Position numbers and translations under genes: made by a program. The notes below the pieces were generated by a model that was not told where the DNA came from, did not search any database, and saw only the letters and a list, made by a program, of their open reading frames with translations. Source: Candidatus Limnocylindria bacterium (lineage in GTDB: Bacteria; Verrucomicrobiota; Verrucomicrobiia; Chthoniobacterales; UBA10450). Taken from it: a stretch of 64,000 nucleotides of DNA. Location: contig DATLPS010000086.1 of the NCBI GenBank assembly GCA_035535575.1, forward strand, positions 13,156-77,155, read 5' to 3'. Shown in pieces: positions 36,023 through 45,354 of this stretch. The first letter of the stretch is position 1. The number at the start of each line of letters is the position of its first letter.

Positions 36023-36763
36023 ATGAAGCGAAGCTTCGATCCGGCCGTGTTAGAAATGATGGATCGGCCGCAGCCGGTTTCGGCTGAGTTAGAACGCGAT
36101 CTGGAACGGCTTCGGCAACTCAACCGCTGGTTCGGCAGCTATCGTCTTGTTTTGCGCTTTGTGAGCCGCTGGATTCAGCCGGGTACTCGTGCCCGAATCC
36201 TCGATCTCGCCACCGGTTCCGGCGACATTCCGCGATTGATTGCTGATTACGCTCGCGAAATTCGCGCCAAGGTCGAGATCGACGCGTTAGATCGACAGGC
36301 TGCGACACTGGAAATTGCCCGGAAATTGAGCATTACCTATCCTGAAATTCACTACCGAGAAGCCGACATTCTCGAATGGAATTCCGCGGAACCATACGAC
36401 GTCACGCTCTGTACGCTTGCACTTCATCATTTCAGCGATGAAGAGGCCGTGACTCTGTTGCGACGTTGTCGCGAGTCGTCTCGCAGATTTGTTTTGGTAT
36501 CAGACTTGCGGCGGGGAGTTCTCCTCCAGGGTGGCGTTTATCTTTTGACCGCGCTGATTTTTCGCGAATCGATGACCCGCTATGACGCTCGCCTATCTGC
36601 TGCGCGTGCATTTTCATTTACGGAAATGCGCGATCTCGCGCTACGCGCCGGCTGGAAGGACTTTGGCCGCAAGAAATTTCGATTCGCGCGGCAGGCGATT
36701 TGGCTTGAAAAGGTTCCGCGGACGTTGATGCCTTTGCATGAAAATCTTAAGCACGGTTGCTGA
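36023..36763 (+). CDS. class I SAM-dependent methyltransferase
   Basis: The SAM-binding motif I is ILDLATGSGDIP. Length is 246 aa. Confidence 0.75.
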   Translation: MKRSFDPAVLEMMDRPQPVSAELERDLERLRQLNRWFGSYRLVLRFVSRWIQPGTRARILDLATGSGDIPRLIADYAREIRAKVEIDALDRQAATLEIARKLSITYPEIHYREADILEWNSAEPYDVTLCTLALHHFSDEEAVTLLRRCRESSRRFVLVSDLRRGVLLQGGVYLLTALIFRESMTRYDARLSAARAFSFTEMRDLALRAGWKDFGRKKFRFARQAIWLEKVPRTLMPLHENLKHGC

Positions 36764-37565
36764 AGCGCAATCGCTGTCGCGCCAAAGGCGACGGGTGTTG
36801 GTGCCCACGATGGGAGCGCTGCACAAGGCACATGCGGAGTTGATCCGCGTGGCTCGCGAGGCGGCCGGGCAAGATGGGGAAGTGGTGGTTACTGTCTTTG
36901 TAAACCCGTTACAGTTTGAACCGGGAAGCGATTACGAGCGATACCCGCGCCTCGAAGAAGCTGATGAGGAATTTTGTGAAAACGCCGGTGTCGATCTGTT
37001 GTTCCGACCCAGTGTTGCCGAAATGTATGCTGACGATCGTTCGGTATTCGTCGGAGAATCTTCACTTTCGAAGACCTTGGAGGGCAAGTCGCGCCCCGGC
37101 CATTTTCGCGGGGTTTGCACAGTTGTCGCGAAGTTGTTCAATATTCTTGCATCGGGCGCGGCGGTGTTTGGCGAGAAGGATTTTCAGCAGCTCGCGATTG
37201 TTCGCCGCATGGTGCGCGATCTCAATTTCAAGACCGACATTATTGCCGTGCCTACAGTGCGCGAAGCGGACGGCCTCGCATGCAGTTCGCGTAATCAGTA
37301 TTTGAATTTGGAAGAACGGAAGCAGGCAACAGTCTTACACAAAGCATTACGTGCTGTGGCAAGTGCGAGCGAAAAATCCGCCGGAGATGTAATCGCTCTC
37401 GCGCGTAAGGTGATCAACGAAGCGCCACTGGCGCGGATCGATTATGTTGAGCTTGTCGATGCGGGAACTTTGAGCCCGGTTGAAATGGCGGGACCGAACT
37501 CGGTGCTCCTGTTGGCGGTGTTTTTCGGCAAAACTCGTTTGATTGACAATATCCAGTTGGAATGA
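36738..37565 (+). CDS. panC: pantoate--beta-alanine ligase
   Basis: VPTMGALHKAHAELI (the HIGH-like motif), NPLQF and FGEKDFQQ. Confidence 0.9.
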   Translation: MKILSTVAEAQSLSRQRRRVLVPTMGALHKAHAELIRVAREAAGQDGEVVVTVFVNPLQFEPGSDYERYPRLEEADEEFCENAGVDLLFRPSVAEMYADDRSVFVGESSLSKTLEGKSRPGHFRGVCTVVAKLFNILASGAAVFGEKDFQQLAIVRRMVRDLNFKTDIIAVPTVREADGLACSSRNQYLNLEERKQATVLHKALRAVASASEKSAGDVIALARKVINEAPLARIDYVELVDAGTLSPVEMAGPNSVLLLAVFFGKTRLIDNIQLE

Positions 37566-39154
37566 AGGAATACGATTTCGTGGTAATCGGCAGCGGTATT
37601 GCCGGTCTCAGTTTTGCATTGAAAGCGGCAAAGCACGGATCGGTAGCTGTGATCACGAAACGCAAAGGCTCTGATACAAACACCGCTTGGGCGCAGGGCG
37701 GAATCGCCTGCGTGACCAGCGATGAAGATTCGTTTGAGCTGCACGTGCGCGATACGTTAGGTGCCGGTGCCGGTTTGTGTGACGAAGCGGTGGTGCGCAC
37801 GATTGTGACCGAAGGTCCCCAGCGCATCCGCGAATTGATGGAGCTTGGATTGCAATTCGATGAGCGCGAAGTCTCCGGACATCGCGAGCTTGATCTGGCC
37901 AAAGAGGGCGGCCACTCCAAGCGCCGGGTCTTGCATGTACGAGACGTAACCGGAAAGGAGATCGAGGAGACTTTGCTCCGCGAGCTGGGCCGACAATCAC
38001 ACGTCCAGCTATTGGAAAATCACATGGCGGTGGACTTAATCACCGCGGCCAAGCTCGGCTTCGCGGCAGAGGATCGCTGTCTTGGTGTCTATGTTCTGGA
38101 TGAAAAAACTGGTGAGGTGGCAACTATCCGGGCAGATCAAATCGTGCTTGCGACCGGTGGTTGCGGGAAAGTTTATTTGTATACGACGAATCCAGACATC
38201 GCGACTGGAGACGGCGTAGCGATGGCGTGGCGCGCAGGAGTGGAGATCGCGAACATGGAATTTATCCAATTTCATCCCACGTGTTTGTTTCATGCGGAGG
38301 CGAAATCATTTCTCATTTCAGAAGCAGTGCGCGGCGAAGGCGGCATTTTGCGCAACAATCGTGGCGAAGATTTTATGAAGCGCTACGATTCGCGCGGTTC
38401 ACTTGCCCCACGTGACATCGTGGCGCGCGCAATCGACGCCGAGATCAAGCGCTCGGGCGCGAAATGCGTTCTTTTGGATATCACACACAAGTCGCCGGAA
38501 TTTATTCGGGAGCGATTCCCGCATATTTACCAAACATGCCTACGATTCGGGATCGACATGTTGAAGCAGGCCATCCCCGTTGTGCCAGCAGCGCATTATC
38601 AATGCGGGGGAGTTAAAACCGACACCAATGGCGCGACGAGTTTGTCCGGGCTATATGCGATTGGTGAGGTCGCGTGTACCGGTCTGCATGGAGCCAACCG
38701 GCTTGCCAGCAATTCACTACTGGAGGGCTTGGTAGTGGCGCATCGCGCCGCGACGACCGCTACGCAGACACGATCGGCTCGAAAACAACAAATCCCGTTG
38801 CCCGAATGGCAATCGGGAAATGTGCAGGACGTCGATGAACTAGTCGTGATTTATCACAATTGGGACGAGATCAGGCGCTTGATGTGGGATTACGTAGGAA
38901 TTGTGCGCACCGATAAGCGGCTCCAGCGCGCCAGCGCGCGGCTGCGAAATCTCCAGCGGGAAATCCGCGAATTCTATTGGAATTTCAAAGTATCAGTTGA
39001 CCTGCTGGAGTTGCGCAATCTAGCAGCGGTAGCCGCCTTGATTGTCGATTCAGCGCTGTGCCGGAAAGAGAGCCGTGGCCTTCATTACACGCTCGATTAT
39101 CCACAGACGGACGAGCAACAATTCAAGCACGATACGCTACTCAGCCGCGGGTGA
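37562..39154 (+). CDS. nadB: L-aspartate oxidase
   Basis: FAD-binding motif YDFVVIGSGIAGLSFAL. Also TNPDIATGDG and HPTCL. Length is 530 aa, and the gene overlaps panC by 4 nt. Confidence 0.9.
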   Translation: MKEYDFVVIGSGIAGLSFALKAAKHGSVAVITKRKGSDTNTAWAQGGIACVTSDEDSFELHVRDTLGAGAGLCDEAVVRTIVTEGPQRIRELMELGLQFDEREVSGHRELDLAKEGGHSKRRVLHVRDVTGKEIEETLLRELGRQSHVQLLENHMAVDLITAAKLGFAAEDRCLGVYVLDEKTGEVATIRADQIVLATGGCGKVYLYTTNPDIATGDGVAMAWRAGVEIANMEFIQFHPTCLFHAEAKSFLISEAVRGEGGILRNNRGEDFMKRYDSRGSLAPRDIVARAIDAEIKRSGAKCVLLDITHKSPEFIRERFPHIYQTCLRFGIDMLKQAIPVVPAAHYQCGGVKTDTNGATSLSGLYAIGEVACTGLHGANRLASNSLLEGLVVAHRAATTATQTRSARKQQIPLPEWQSGNVQDVDELVVIYHNWDEIRRLMWDYVGIVRTDKRLQRASARLRNLQREIREFYWNFKVSVDLLELRNLAAVAALIVDSALCRKESRGLHYTLDYPQTDEQQFKHDTLLSRG

Positions 39155-39269
39155 GCCAGGTTCAGGGTCAGGGGCATCACGCCGGAATCTCCCTTGAACG
39201 CTTTGGGGCCAGCACGGGCGTGTCCTTGGGAAAATTCGGCTTGCCTTGGAGCGTGTGATCGGATAGAAG

Positions 39270-40118
39270 GTGGCGGCGTTTGTAATGAGGAGACTTCTTG
39301 CGGCTTGTTTGAGTCTAGGGATTGCTACCGCGGCGAAAGCCGACGAACAATCTACTTCCCCGTACGCGACGGCGGCAGACTTTGCGAAGTACGCCATGAA
39401 ACTGCGGGAGCAGGCGTTGCTCAAAGTTGAACCGCAAGTTTTCATTCCCACCAGTTCCCGTCCGGCCATCCAGCGTTACCCGTGGAAAACGAACATTGTT
39501 ACCACGGTGTTTTGGGTTGGAGAACAAGCCGGAGGCAATAATCCGGTCCCCAACTATAAGAGCGCTTGGGACTTTAATTGGACGACGAATTACGGGGGAT
39601 ACGATAACCCGGACGTGAGCGCGCGGCGCAATTACATTCCTGTGGCGTTTATTCCGCGCCAGAATCCCTTCTACTGCGCACTGCCGTACAACGATGTGAC
39701 GCATGGCCAGTTTAAACCGGAAGCGCCGCTGGTGATTCCTTGGTTCAAACAAGAGTACAGCGGGCCGGGACAGTCGGTGTGCCGAAATCATTGGTTGGCG
39801 ATTCGCAAAGGGAATCGCACTTGTTATGCGCAATGGGAAGATTGCGGCCCATTTCGCACCGACCACTTTCAGTATGTGTTTGGAAATGAGCGCCCCAAGC
39901 CGAATCTTAATCATGGTGCCGGGCTGGATGTTTCGCCGGCTGTGCGCGACTACCTGGGCCTGGCGCCGACTGACGTGACCGATTGGCAATTTGTTGAAGT
40001 ACGTGATGTAACTCCCGGGCCGTGGCGAAGTTACGGCGAAAATAATCACTTCGTCATTGCGCGTAATAGAAGCGAGCAGCGGGTGGCTGAGCGAAACGTT
40101 AGCGCCGCGAAGAAGTAG
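39270..40118 (+). CDS. secreted hypothetical protein (possible double-psi beta-barrel / RlpA-like C-terminal part)
   Basis: The signal peptide is MRRLLAACLSLGIATAAKA. I preferred this strand over the antisense 300-aa ORF, which is Arg-rich and low-complexity. The fold guess rests only on the CGPF...GAGLDVSPAVRDYLGL pattern. Confidence 0.45.
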   Translation: MAAFVMRRLLAACLSLGIATAAKADEQSTSPYATAADFAKYAMKLREQALLKVEPQVFIPTSSRPAIQRYPWKTNIVTTVFWVGEQAGGNNPVPNYKSAWDFNWTTNYGGYDNPDVSARRNYIPVAFIPRQNPFYCALPYNDVTHGQFKPEAPLVIPWFKQEYSGPGQSVCRNHWLAIRKGNRTCYAQWEDCGPFRTDHFQYVFGNERPKPNLNHGAGLDVSPAVRDYLGLAPTDVTDWQFVEVRDVTPGPWRSYGENNHFVIARNRSEQRVAERNVSAAKK

Positions 40119-40143
40119 GACGGATTCTGATTCCGGCGTTCTC

Positions 40144-40998
40144 CTATCTGCTTGGAGAAGACGGCGGGGAGGGAGCGAGCGAAGGAGACGGTGACGGAAC
40201 AGTTTGCGTCGGTGCATTTCCGCCAGGCGATGGACTTGGACGCGAAGCTTTCGGCATCGCCATGCGAATCAGCTCCGATACGGTGACGAATTTGAAGCCC
40301 TTGGCCTGGAGCGCGTCAAGAGTAGAGGGCATCGCTTCGATGGTTCCCGGGTGAATATCGTGGGACAACACGATCGAGCCTGGCTGCGTCTCTTTAAGAA
40401 TACGATTGCGGACTACAGCTGGGCCGGGCCGTTTCCAATCATACGGATCAACGTCCCAAAGAATGATCTGATATCCGAATTCATCATGGATCCAGTGTTT
40501 TTCGCGTGCCGTAATCGACCCATAGGGCGGTCGCATTAACATGGGACGCTGCCCGGTGGAGCTTTTGATTGCATCATCGGTTCGCTGCAATTGGCTGCGA
40601 ACACCTTGGTCTGACATTTTGCCGAAGTTAGGATGCGACCAGCTATGATTGCCAATTTCATGCCCCTCCCGGGCAGCTCGCGCGACAATCTCAGGGTGTT
40701 CCGCGACGTTTTCGCCGATGACGAAGAACGTTGCCTTTATATGATGCGCTGCCAACAGGTCGAGCAATTTTGGGGTAAGCGTCGCGCTTGGTCCATCGTC
40801 AAAAGTCATGGCGACGTAAGGTCCATCGACATGCACGGAATTAAACGTAATGCTCGGATCTTCTGCCGTGCCCTGGGTTTTTTGCGCTGCATCGCGCGTC
40901 GCCGGCGTCGGGTCAGCTCCTGCTGCAACCCCTGCTGCAACCGCGACTGTGACTGACGCAAAGCAAATGAACAGCAAACGGTAAACAGACATGAGCAC
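40144..40998 (-). CDS. polysaccharide deacetylase (NodB homology domain, CE4)
   Basis: YVAMTFDDGPS (the TFDDG motif), ATFFVIG and GNHSWSHP. It has a signal peptide and a Pro/Ser-rich C-terminal tail. Confidence 0.85.
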   Translation of the reverse strand: MLMSVYRLLFICFASVTVAVAAGVAAGADPTPATRDAAQKTQGTAEDPSITFNSVHVDGPYVAMTFDDGPSATLTPKLLDLLAAHHIKATFFVIGENVAEHPEIVARAAREGHEIGNHSWSHPNFGKMSDQGVRSQLQRTDDAIKSSTGQRPMLMRPPYGSITAREKHWIHDEFGYQIILWDVDPYDWKRPGPAVVRNRILKETQPGSIVLSHDIHPGTIEAMPSTLDALQAKGFKFVTVSELIRMAMPKASRPSPSPGGNAPTQTVPSPSPSLAPSPPSSPSR

Positions 40999-41142
40999 GA
41001 AAGTGGCACACTCGGCGCGTGTGTCTAGCAGAGGCCGTCAGTTACGTGCAACACGCAGCCAGCCAGGACGGCAGAGAAATAATTGCGCGAATTTTTACCC
41101 TACGATGCAAATCGATCCGAGATGTTTGGGGCGATGCGCGTG

Positions 41143-41610
41143 TTAACTTTTTCGCAGTTTTTCGAGTTCGGCGATGAATGCCTCTGGACCACCAGGGAAG
41201 TAACCGTCGTACTCCCAGAGCTTCTGGCCGTCGCTATTGACCACGATGATCGTAGGAAAACCGACAACCTCGTAATGCTGCGCCAGTTCCCGGTTCTGTT
41301 TTCTCACGTCGACACTCTGGGCCTTGGCACGAGGAAAATCGAGTTCTACGAGCACCAGGTTATTGCGTGCATAATCTTTAAACGGCGGTTGCGACAGAAC
41401 ATCTCGATCGAATTTAATACACCAACCACACCAGTCTGAGCCGGTGAAATTGAGCAGAAGGATTTTGTGAGTCGCCTTGGCCTCTTCCTGTGCTTTCTTG
41501 TAATCACTTAACCAGGCAGATTCGGCGCGAGCGACTTGCCCGGAGAAGAAAACAGAGGCCGCAAGTACGAAAAAAATCAGACGATACGTTTTCACGTCAC
41601 CATCTTCCAT
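41143..41610 (-). CDS. secreted thioredoxin-like protein
   Basis: LLLNFTGSDWCGWCIKFDRDVL contains the CxxC motif. ORF 41143..41682; the start was moved to the ATG at 41610, or possibly the GTG five codons downstream, just before the signal peptide KTYRLIFFVLAASVFFSG. Confidence 0.7.
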   Translation of the reverse strand: MEDGDVKTYRLIFFVLAASVFFSGQVARAESAWLSDYKKAQEEAKATHKILLLNFTGSDWCGWCIKFDRDVLSQPPFKDYARNNLVLVELDFPRAKAQSVDVRKQNRELAQHYEVVGFPTIIVVNSDGQKLWEYDGYFPGGPEAFIAELEKLRKS

Positions 41611-41727
41611 GTAATTGGAGTCCGGCGCAAGAGCGGTTACAGTGCACCGCCGCGCGGCAATCACTCTTTTACCAAGCCGCAAACAGCCCGGCGCAACAAC
41701 GCCGGGCCATCAACGGATAAAGAAGAT

Positions 41728-42009
41728 CTAACGCAGATGTTTCGAGACGAGCTTTGTCATCTCGAACATGCTCACCTGGCTCTTACCATTAAATACCGGC
41801 CTTAGTGAGTCGTCGGCGTTGATCATGGTTCTTTTCTTTTTATCCTGGCAACCGTTCCTCTTGATGTAGTTCCAGAGCTTCTTTGTCAGCTCGGAGCGTG
41901 GTAGCGGCTGCGACCCAACGACGGCAGCGAGCTTGTCATCAGGTTGGACCGGTCTCATGAAGGCGGGATTCGGTTTGCGCTTGGAAGTTTTCTTTTTGGT
42001 TTTCGGCAT
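41728..42009 (-). CDS. SWIB/MDM2 domain protein
   Basis: 93 aa. A basic N-terminal tail is followed by PLPRSELTKKLWNYIKRNGCQDKKKRTMINADDSLRPVF...MFEMTKLVSKHL, the SWIB pattern. Confidence 0.75.
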   Translation of the reverse strand: MPKTKKKTSKRKPNPAFMRPVQPDDKLAAVVGSQPLPRSELTKKLWNYIKRNGCQDKKKRTMINADDSLRPVFNGKSQVSMFEMTKLVSKHLR

Positions 42010-42070
42010 AGAGGCTGACTAACGTTTCGCTTGCAAGAGAGCAAGACTAAAATTGTGTGCTCCCAAATTT

Positions 42071-43243
42071 TTATTGTCCCCCATTCCGGCGTACGGCGAG
42101 AACCGTCATGTCGTCCGGTGAAGTCTTTACAGCCGTATCCGGGGCTGTATGCACTAAAACTGCCTTGAGCAATGCCTCGGCGCTGGGCGCGGAGCGACCC
42201 ATCATTTTCTCGAGCTGCTGGGGATTCAAACGACGCCGATCGTCTTTTGCCCAGCGAAACAAGCCGTCTGTGTAAAGAAGAAAAGCATCTCCTGGCTGAA
42301 GATCGATCGCAGTTTCGGCAAATTCCGGTTGGTCGATTACGCCCAGCGGAGGCGCAACCGAGGCAATCGATTCTGTCGTGCCGTTGCGGCGTACCACCAA
42401 AAGCGGGGGGTGACCTGCGCCCACGAGGCTGGCGCTGCCGGTCGCAGGGTCCAGCGCCACACACATTGCCGTCATAAAAGAGCGTGCGCGAAAAATGCTG
42501 CGAAAGTCATGATTCACGGCTTCCATCACGCTGGCAGGCGTATCCTGCTCTACATTGCCATGATGGAAGAGAAGTTTTGCCAGTGTAGTAAGCAACGCCG
42601 CAGCGGCCCCGTGACCAGTGCCATCTGCGATCCAGAACAAAATCCGGCCGTCTTTCATTCGCAGCCAGCCATAGATATCGCCGCCCACCTGGATGACTGG
42701 GCGATAACACGTTGCAACCTCCCACCCGGGCAGCGCCAGCGGTTTTTGCGGAATCAACGATTGCTGCGTTAAACGCGCAGCTGCCAGATCGCGTTCAAGA
42801 TCGCGCCGCCATTTTTCCAATTCATCATTCTGCCGCTCCAATTGGCGGCGCATGGAGCGGAGGCGAAGCTGGGTCTCGATTCTAGCTCGCAACACTGCGG
42901 CGTTGACTGGCTTTGTTACAAAATCATCGGCGCCAGCCTGGAGGCAAGACACCTCGCTTTCTTCACTTCCGTGAGCAGTCAACAGAATGGTGGGAATTTG
43001 TGAGACTGCCGAATGCCCATCCGAGCGCAGGCGTGTTAGCACCTCGGCGCCGTTTATTCCGGGCATATCGAAATCAAGCAGGAGGAGTGAAGGCGGCTTG
43101 GGGTGAACCGCCTTCAAGGCTTCGGAGCCATCGTTGCACACGCGACACTTGTAACCAGCAGCAGTGAGCAACTTCGCCAGGACGCGACGACTGATAGGGT
43201 CATCGTCTACCACCAAAATTTCTGCACGGGAATTATCAGACAT
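42071..43243 (-). CDS. response-regulator receiver fused to a PP2C/SpoIIE phosphatase
   Basis: The receiver domain has ILVVDDDPISRRVL...LLLLDFDMPG. The C-terminal part has PP2C motifs GGDIYGW, IADGTGHG and LLYTDGL. Confidence 0.85.
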   Translation of the reverse strand: MSDNSRAEILVVDDDPISRRVLAKLLTAAGYKCRVCNDGSEALKAVHPKPPSLLLLDFDMPGINGAEVLTRLRSDGHSAVSQIPTILLTAHGSEESEVSCLQAGADDFVTKPVNAAVLRARIETQLRLRSMRRQLERQNDELEKWRRDLERDLAAARLTQQSLIPQKPLALPGWEVATCYRPVIQVGGDIYGWLRMKDGRILFWIADGTGHGAAAALLTTLAKLLFHHGNVEQDTPASVMEAVNHDFRSIFRARSFMTAMCVALDPATGSASLVGAGHPPLLVVRRNGTTESIASVAPPLGVIDQPEFAETAIDLQPGDAFLLYTDGLFRWAKDDRRRLNPQQLEKMMGRSAPSAEALLKAVLVHTAPDTAVKTSPDDMTVLAVRRNGGQ

Positions 43244-43393
43244 CTCTCTTCTTGAGATTCGGATGACACGCGTGCCGTCATTGTATTTATCCGCCGTTTC
43301 TCAAGAGATGCGCAAAGAGCCGCAGAAAAAAGTGATTTAATAATTGGCAACGAATCGGACTCCGGATACGCTTGCAAACAGTTTTCACATTTT

Positions 43394-43789
43394 ATGAAGT
43401 TTTCATTGTCGCTTGCGCTCTTTGCGGCCTTCTTGCTCGCCTCATGCTCCGAAGAACCGCCACCGCCAACTACACGCCATAACCCAGCGAGGTATCCTGC
43501 CCAGACCGCCGAATACCCGCCGCCGCAACAGCCATTCAATCCAAACGGCCCGGTTCAACCGACCGGTACGCCACCGACGGAGAGCGTCCCTCCACCATCA
43601 ACACCTCCTCCGACGGCTGCCCCGACAAAGGTCGCGAAGGGAGATTATCCGTACGGAATCCCTGTCCCTGGCAAACCGCACCTCGTGGAGAGTCCCTATT
43701 CTCCTGGCAAATACATCGATGTCGAGGGATTCCCTCCGGGGACTGAAGTGAAGGATCCTTATACAGACAAGATCTTTCTTGTGCCGTAA
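43394..43789 (+). CDS. lipoprotein with a Pro-rich linker and a conserved C-terminal module
   Basis: Lipobox LLASC in MKFSLSLALFAAFLLASCSEE. A Pro-rich linker follows. The C-terminus PGKPHLVESPYSPGKYIDVEGFPPGTEVKDPYTDKIFLVP is paralogous to ORF 21419..21958. Confidence 0.6.
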   Translation: MKFSLSLALFAAFLLASCSEEPPPPTTRHNPARYPAQTAEYPPPQQPFNPNGPVQPTGTPPTESVPPPSTPPPTAAPTKVAKGDYPYGIPVPGKPHLVESPYSPGKYIDVEGFPPGTEVKDPYTDKIFLVP

Positions 43790-43816
43790 CAGCGATGAAA
43801 TTTGTCCTGTTGCGTT

Positions 43817-43847
43817 GATGCTGGATCCTGCATACCGGATGCTGGAT
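43817..43847. repeat. direct 10-mer repeat GATGCTGGAT with 21-nt spacing, upstream of aroA
   Basis: GATGCTGGAT occurs at 43817-43826 and 43838-43847, in 7-nt phase (GATGCT GGATCCT GCATACC GGATGCT GGATTAA). An inverted partial copy, AGCATCCAG, lies at about 43886-43894. Confidence 0.5.
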
Positions 43848-43915
43848 TAACGCAGTTCGGTTTTTTCATCAAGCATGCAGCAGTAAGCATCCAGTATTGT
43901 TCCCTTTCGTTTTCT

Positions 43916-45268
43916 ATGGAGTTACGGGTAAAACGAGCGCCTCGAATTGACATCGAGATTAGTGTGCCGGGCGATAAAAGCATTTCGCACCGCGCGGTGA
44001 TCGTCGCCGCGTTGTCGAACGGCGTGTGCACACTGCGCGGGTTTCTGCCAAGCGAGGATTGCATGCACACCGTGAACGCAATGCGTGCCCTGGGGGTAAG
44101 GATCGAGCAGCCTGAGCCAGCTACGCTAATTGTTCACGGGAAAAAGCGGCTCCTGACTGCCCCCAAAGAGGAAATCAACTGCGGCAACTCAGGCACGACC
44201 ATGCGGCTTCTCGCTGGTCTGCTGGCTGGCCAAACATTTGAAAGCCGCCTGGTCGGCGATGCAGGACTGGCGCGACGCCCTATGGACCGGATCATTGCGC
44301 CGCTTTGTGAGATGGGCGCCAGCATTGTTGCCGAAGGTCCGGACGAAACACCGCCGCTGCGCATCCGCGGCGGTTCGCTGCGTGGGATTCATTATCGCCC
44401 GCCTGTGGCAAGTGCACAGGTGAAAGGCGCGCTGCTATTGGCCGGTCTTTTTGCCAGGGGCAAGAGTACCGTCGAGGAGCTGTTACCGACGCGAAATCAT
44501 ATGGAAAAAATTTTCAATTATTTCCTGGTGCGAACCGCGATCGAAGGCGACGGCAGTGTCACTGTATTCGGCGACCAGGTTCCGGAGTCACGTGACTTCG
44601 ACATTCCCGGCGACATTTCATCGGCGGCTTTTTGGCTGGTTGCCGCCGCGGCACAGCGGAGAGGGCATCTGCTCATCCGCGATGTTGGGCTGAATGACAC
44701 ACGAACCAAGTTGCTTGCTGTTCTGCTCCGCATGGGTGCCCAGGTGCGCGAGGCTGTGGAGGATGTCGATCAGCTTGAACCGCGCGGCATTGTCGAGGTC
44801 ACTGGTTTCCCGCTAAAAGGAACCGTAATTCAGGGTAGGGAGGTGCCGCAGCTTATTGACGAATTGCCGATCTTATCCGTGGCAGGCGCCTTGGCCAACG
44901 GCAAGACAACTGTTCGGGATGCAGAAGAATTACGTGTAAAAGAAACTGATCGGATCGCGGCAATCGCGCATAATTTGCGCACCATGGGCGCCCATGTGGC
45001 CGAACTGAGTGATGGGCTCGAAATTCATGGACCGGCCCCGCTGCGCGGTGCGCGCGTGGCAAGCTTCGGCGATCACCGCATTGCTATGGCGTTTGCCATC
45101 GCCGGCCTTTTCGCTGATGGCGAAACGATTGTCCAGGATGCTGAATGTGTTCGTGAGTCTTATCCAGGATTCGAAGCAGTGCTTGAAGAGTTCACGAATC
45201 CGAAACGGATGCAGGTGAGCACCCCGGTGATCGGCTCCCTTACCCCCACTACCGCAGAGGAAAGCTGA
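43916..45268 (+). CDS. aroA: 3-phosphoshikimate 1-carboxyvinyltransferase
   Basis: ORF 43802..45268 begins with TTG and runs across the repeat region. I moved the start to the ATG at 43916 (MELRVKRAPRIDIEISVPGDKSISHRAVI). LFCGNSGTTMRLL-type motif (here INCGNSGTTMRLL) and KETDRI. Confidence 0.9.
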   Translation: MELRVKRAPRIDIEISVPGDKSISHRAVIVAALSNGVCTLRGFLPSEDCMHTVNAMRALGVRIEQPEPATLIVHGKKRLLTAPKEEINCGNSGTTMRLLAGLLAGQTFESRLVGDAGLARRPMDRIIAPLCEMGASIVAEGPDETPPLRIRGGSLRGIHYRPPVASAQVKGALLLAGLFARGKSTVEELLPTRNHMEKIFNYFLVRTAIEGDGSVTVFGDQVPESRDFDIPGDISSAAFWLVAAAAQRRGHLLIRDVGLNDTRTKLLAVLLRMGAQVREAVEDVDQLEPRGIVEVTGFPLKGTVIQGREVPQLIDELPILSVAGALANGKTTVRDAEELRVKETDRIAAIAHNLRTMGAHVAELSDGLEIHGPAPLRGARVASFGDHRIAMAFAIAGLFADGETIVQDAECVRESYPGFEAVLEEFTNPKRMQVSTPVIGSLTPTTAEES

Positions 45269-45354
45269 CGTGCCAGGAGCCGAGCTCCGGCATGCCTGTC
45301 ATCACGGCGGATTGCATTGCCGCGGAATGCGCGACTAAACTCATCCCCGTTCGT

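Noticed and set aside
39315-40217. A 300-aa ORF on the minus strand, antisense to 39270..40118
   Set aside because: It is Arg-rich and low-complexity (RRKLFRHRLLRSLPPRRLLQADRR). It has no signal or motif, and it overlaps the deacetylase gene end. The plus-strand ORF has a clean signal peptide and protein-like composition. I treated the minus-strand ORF as a GC-driven shadow ORF.
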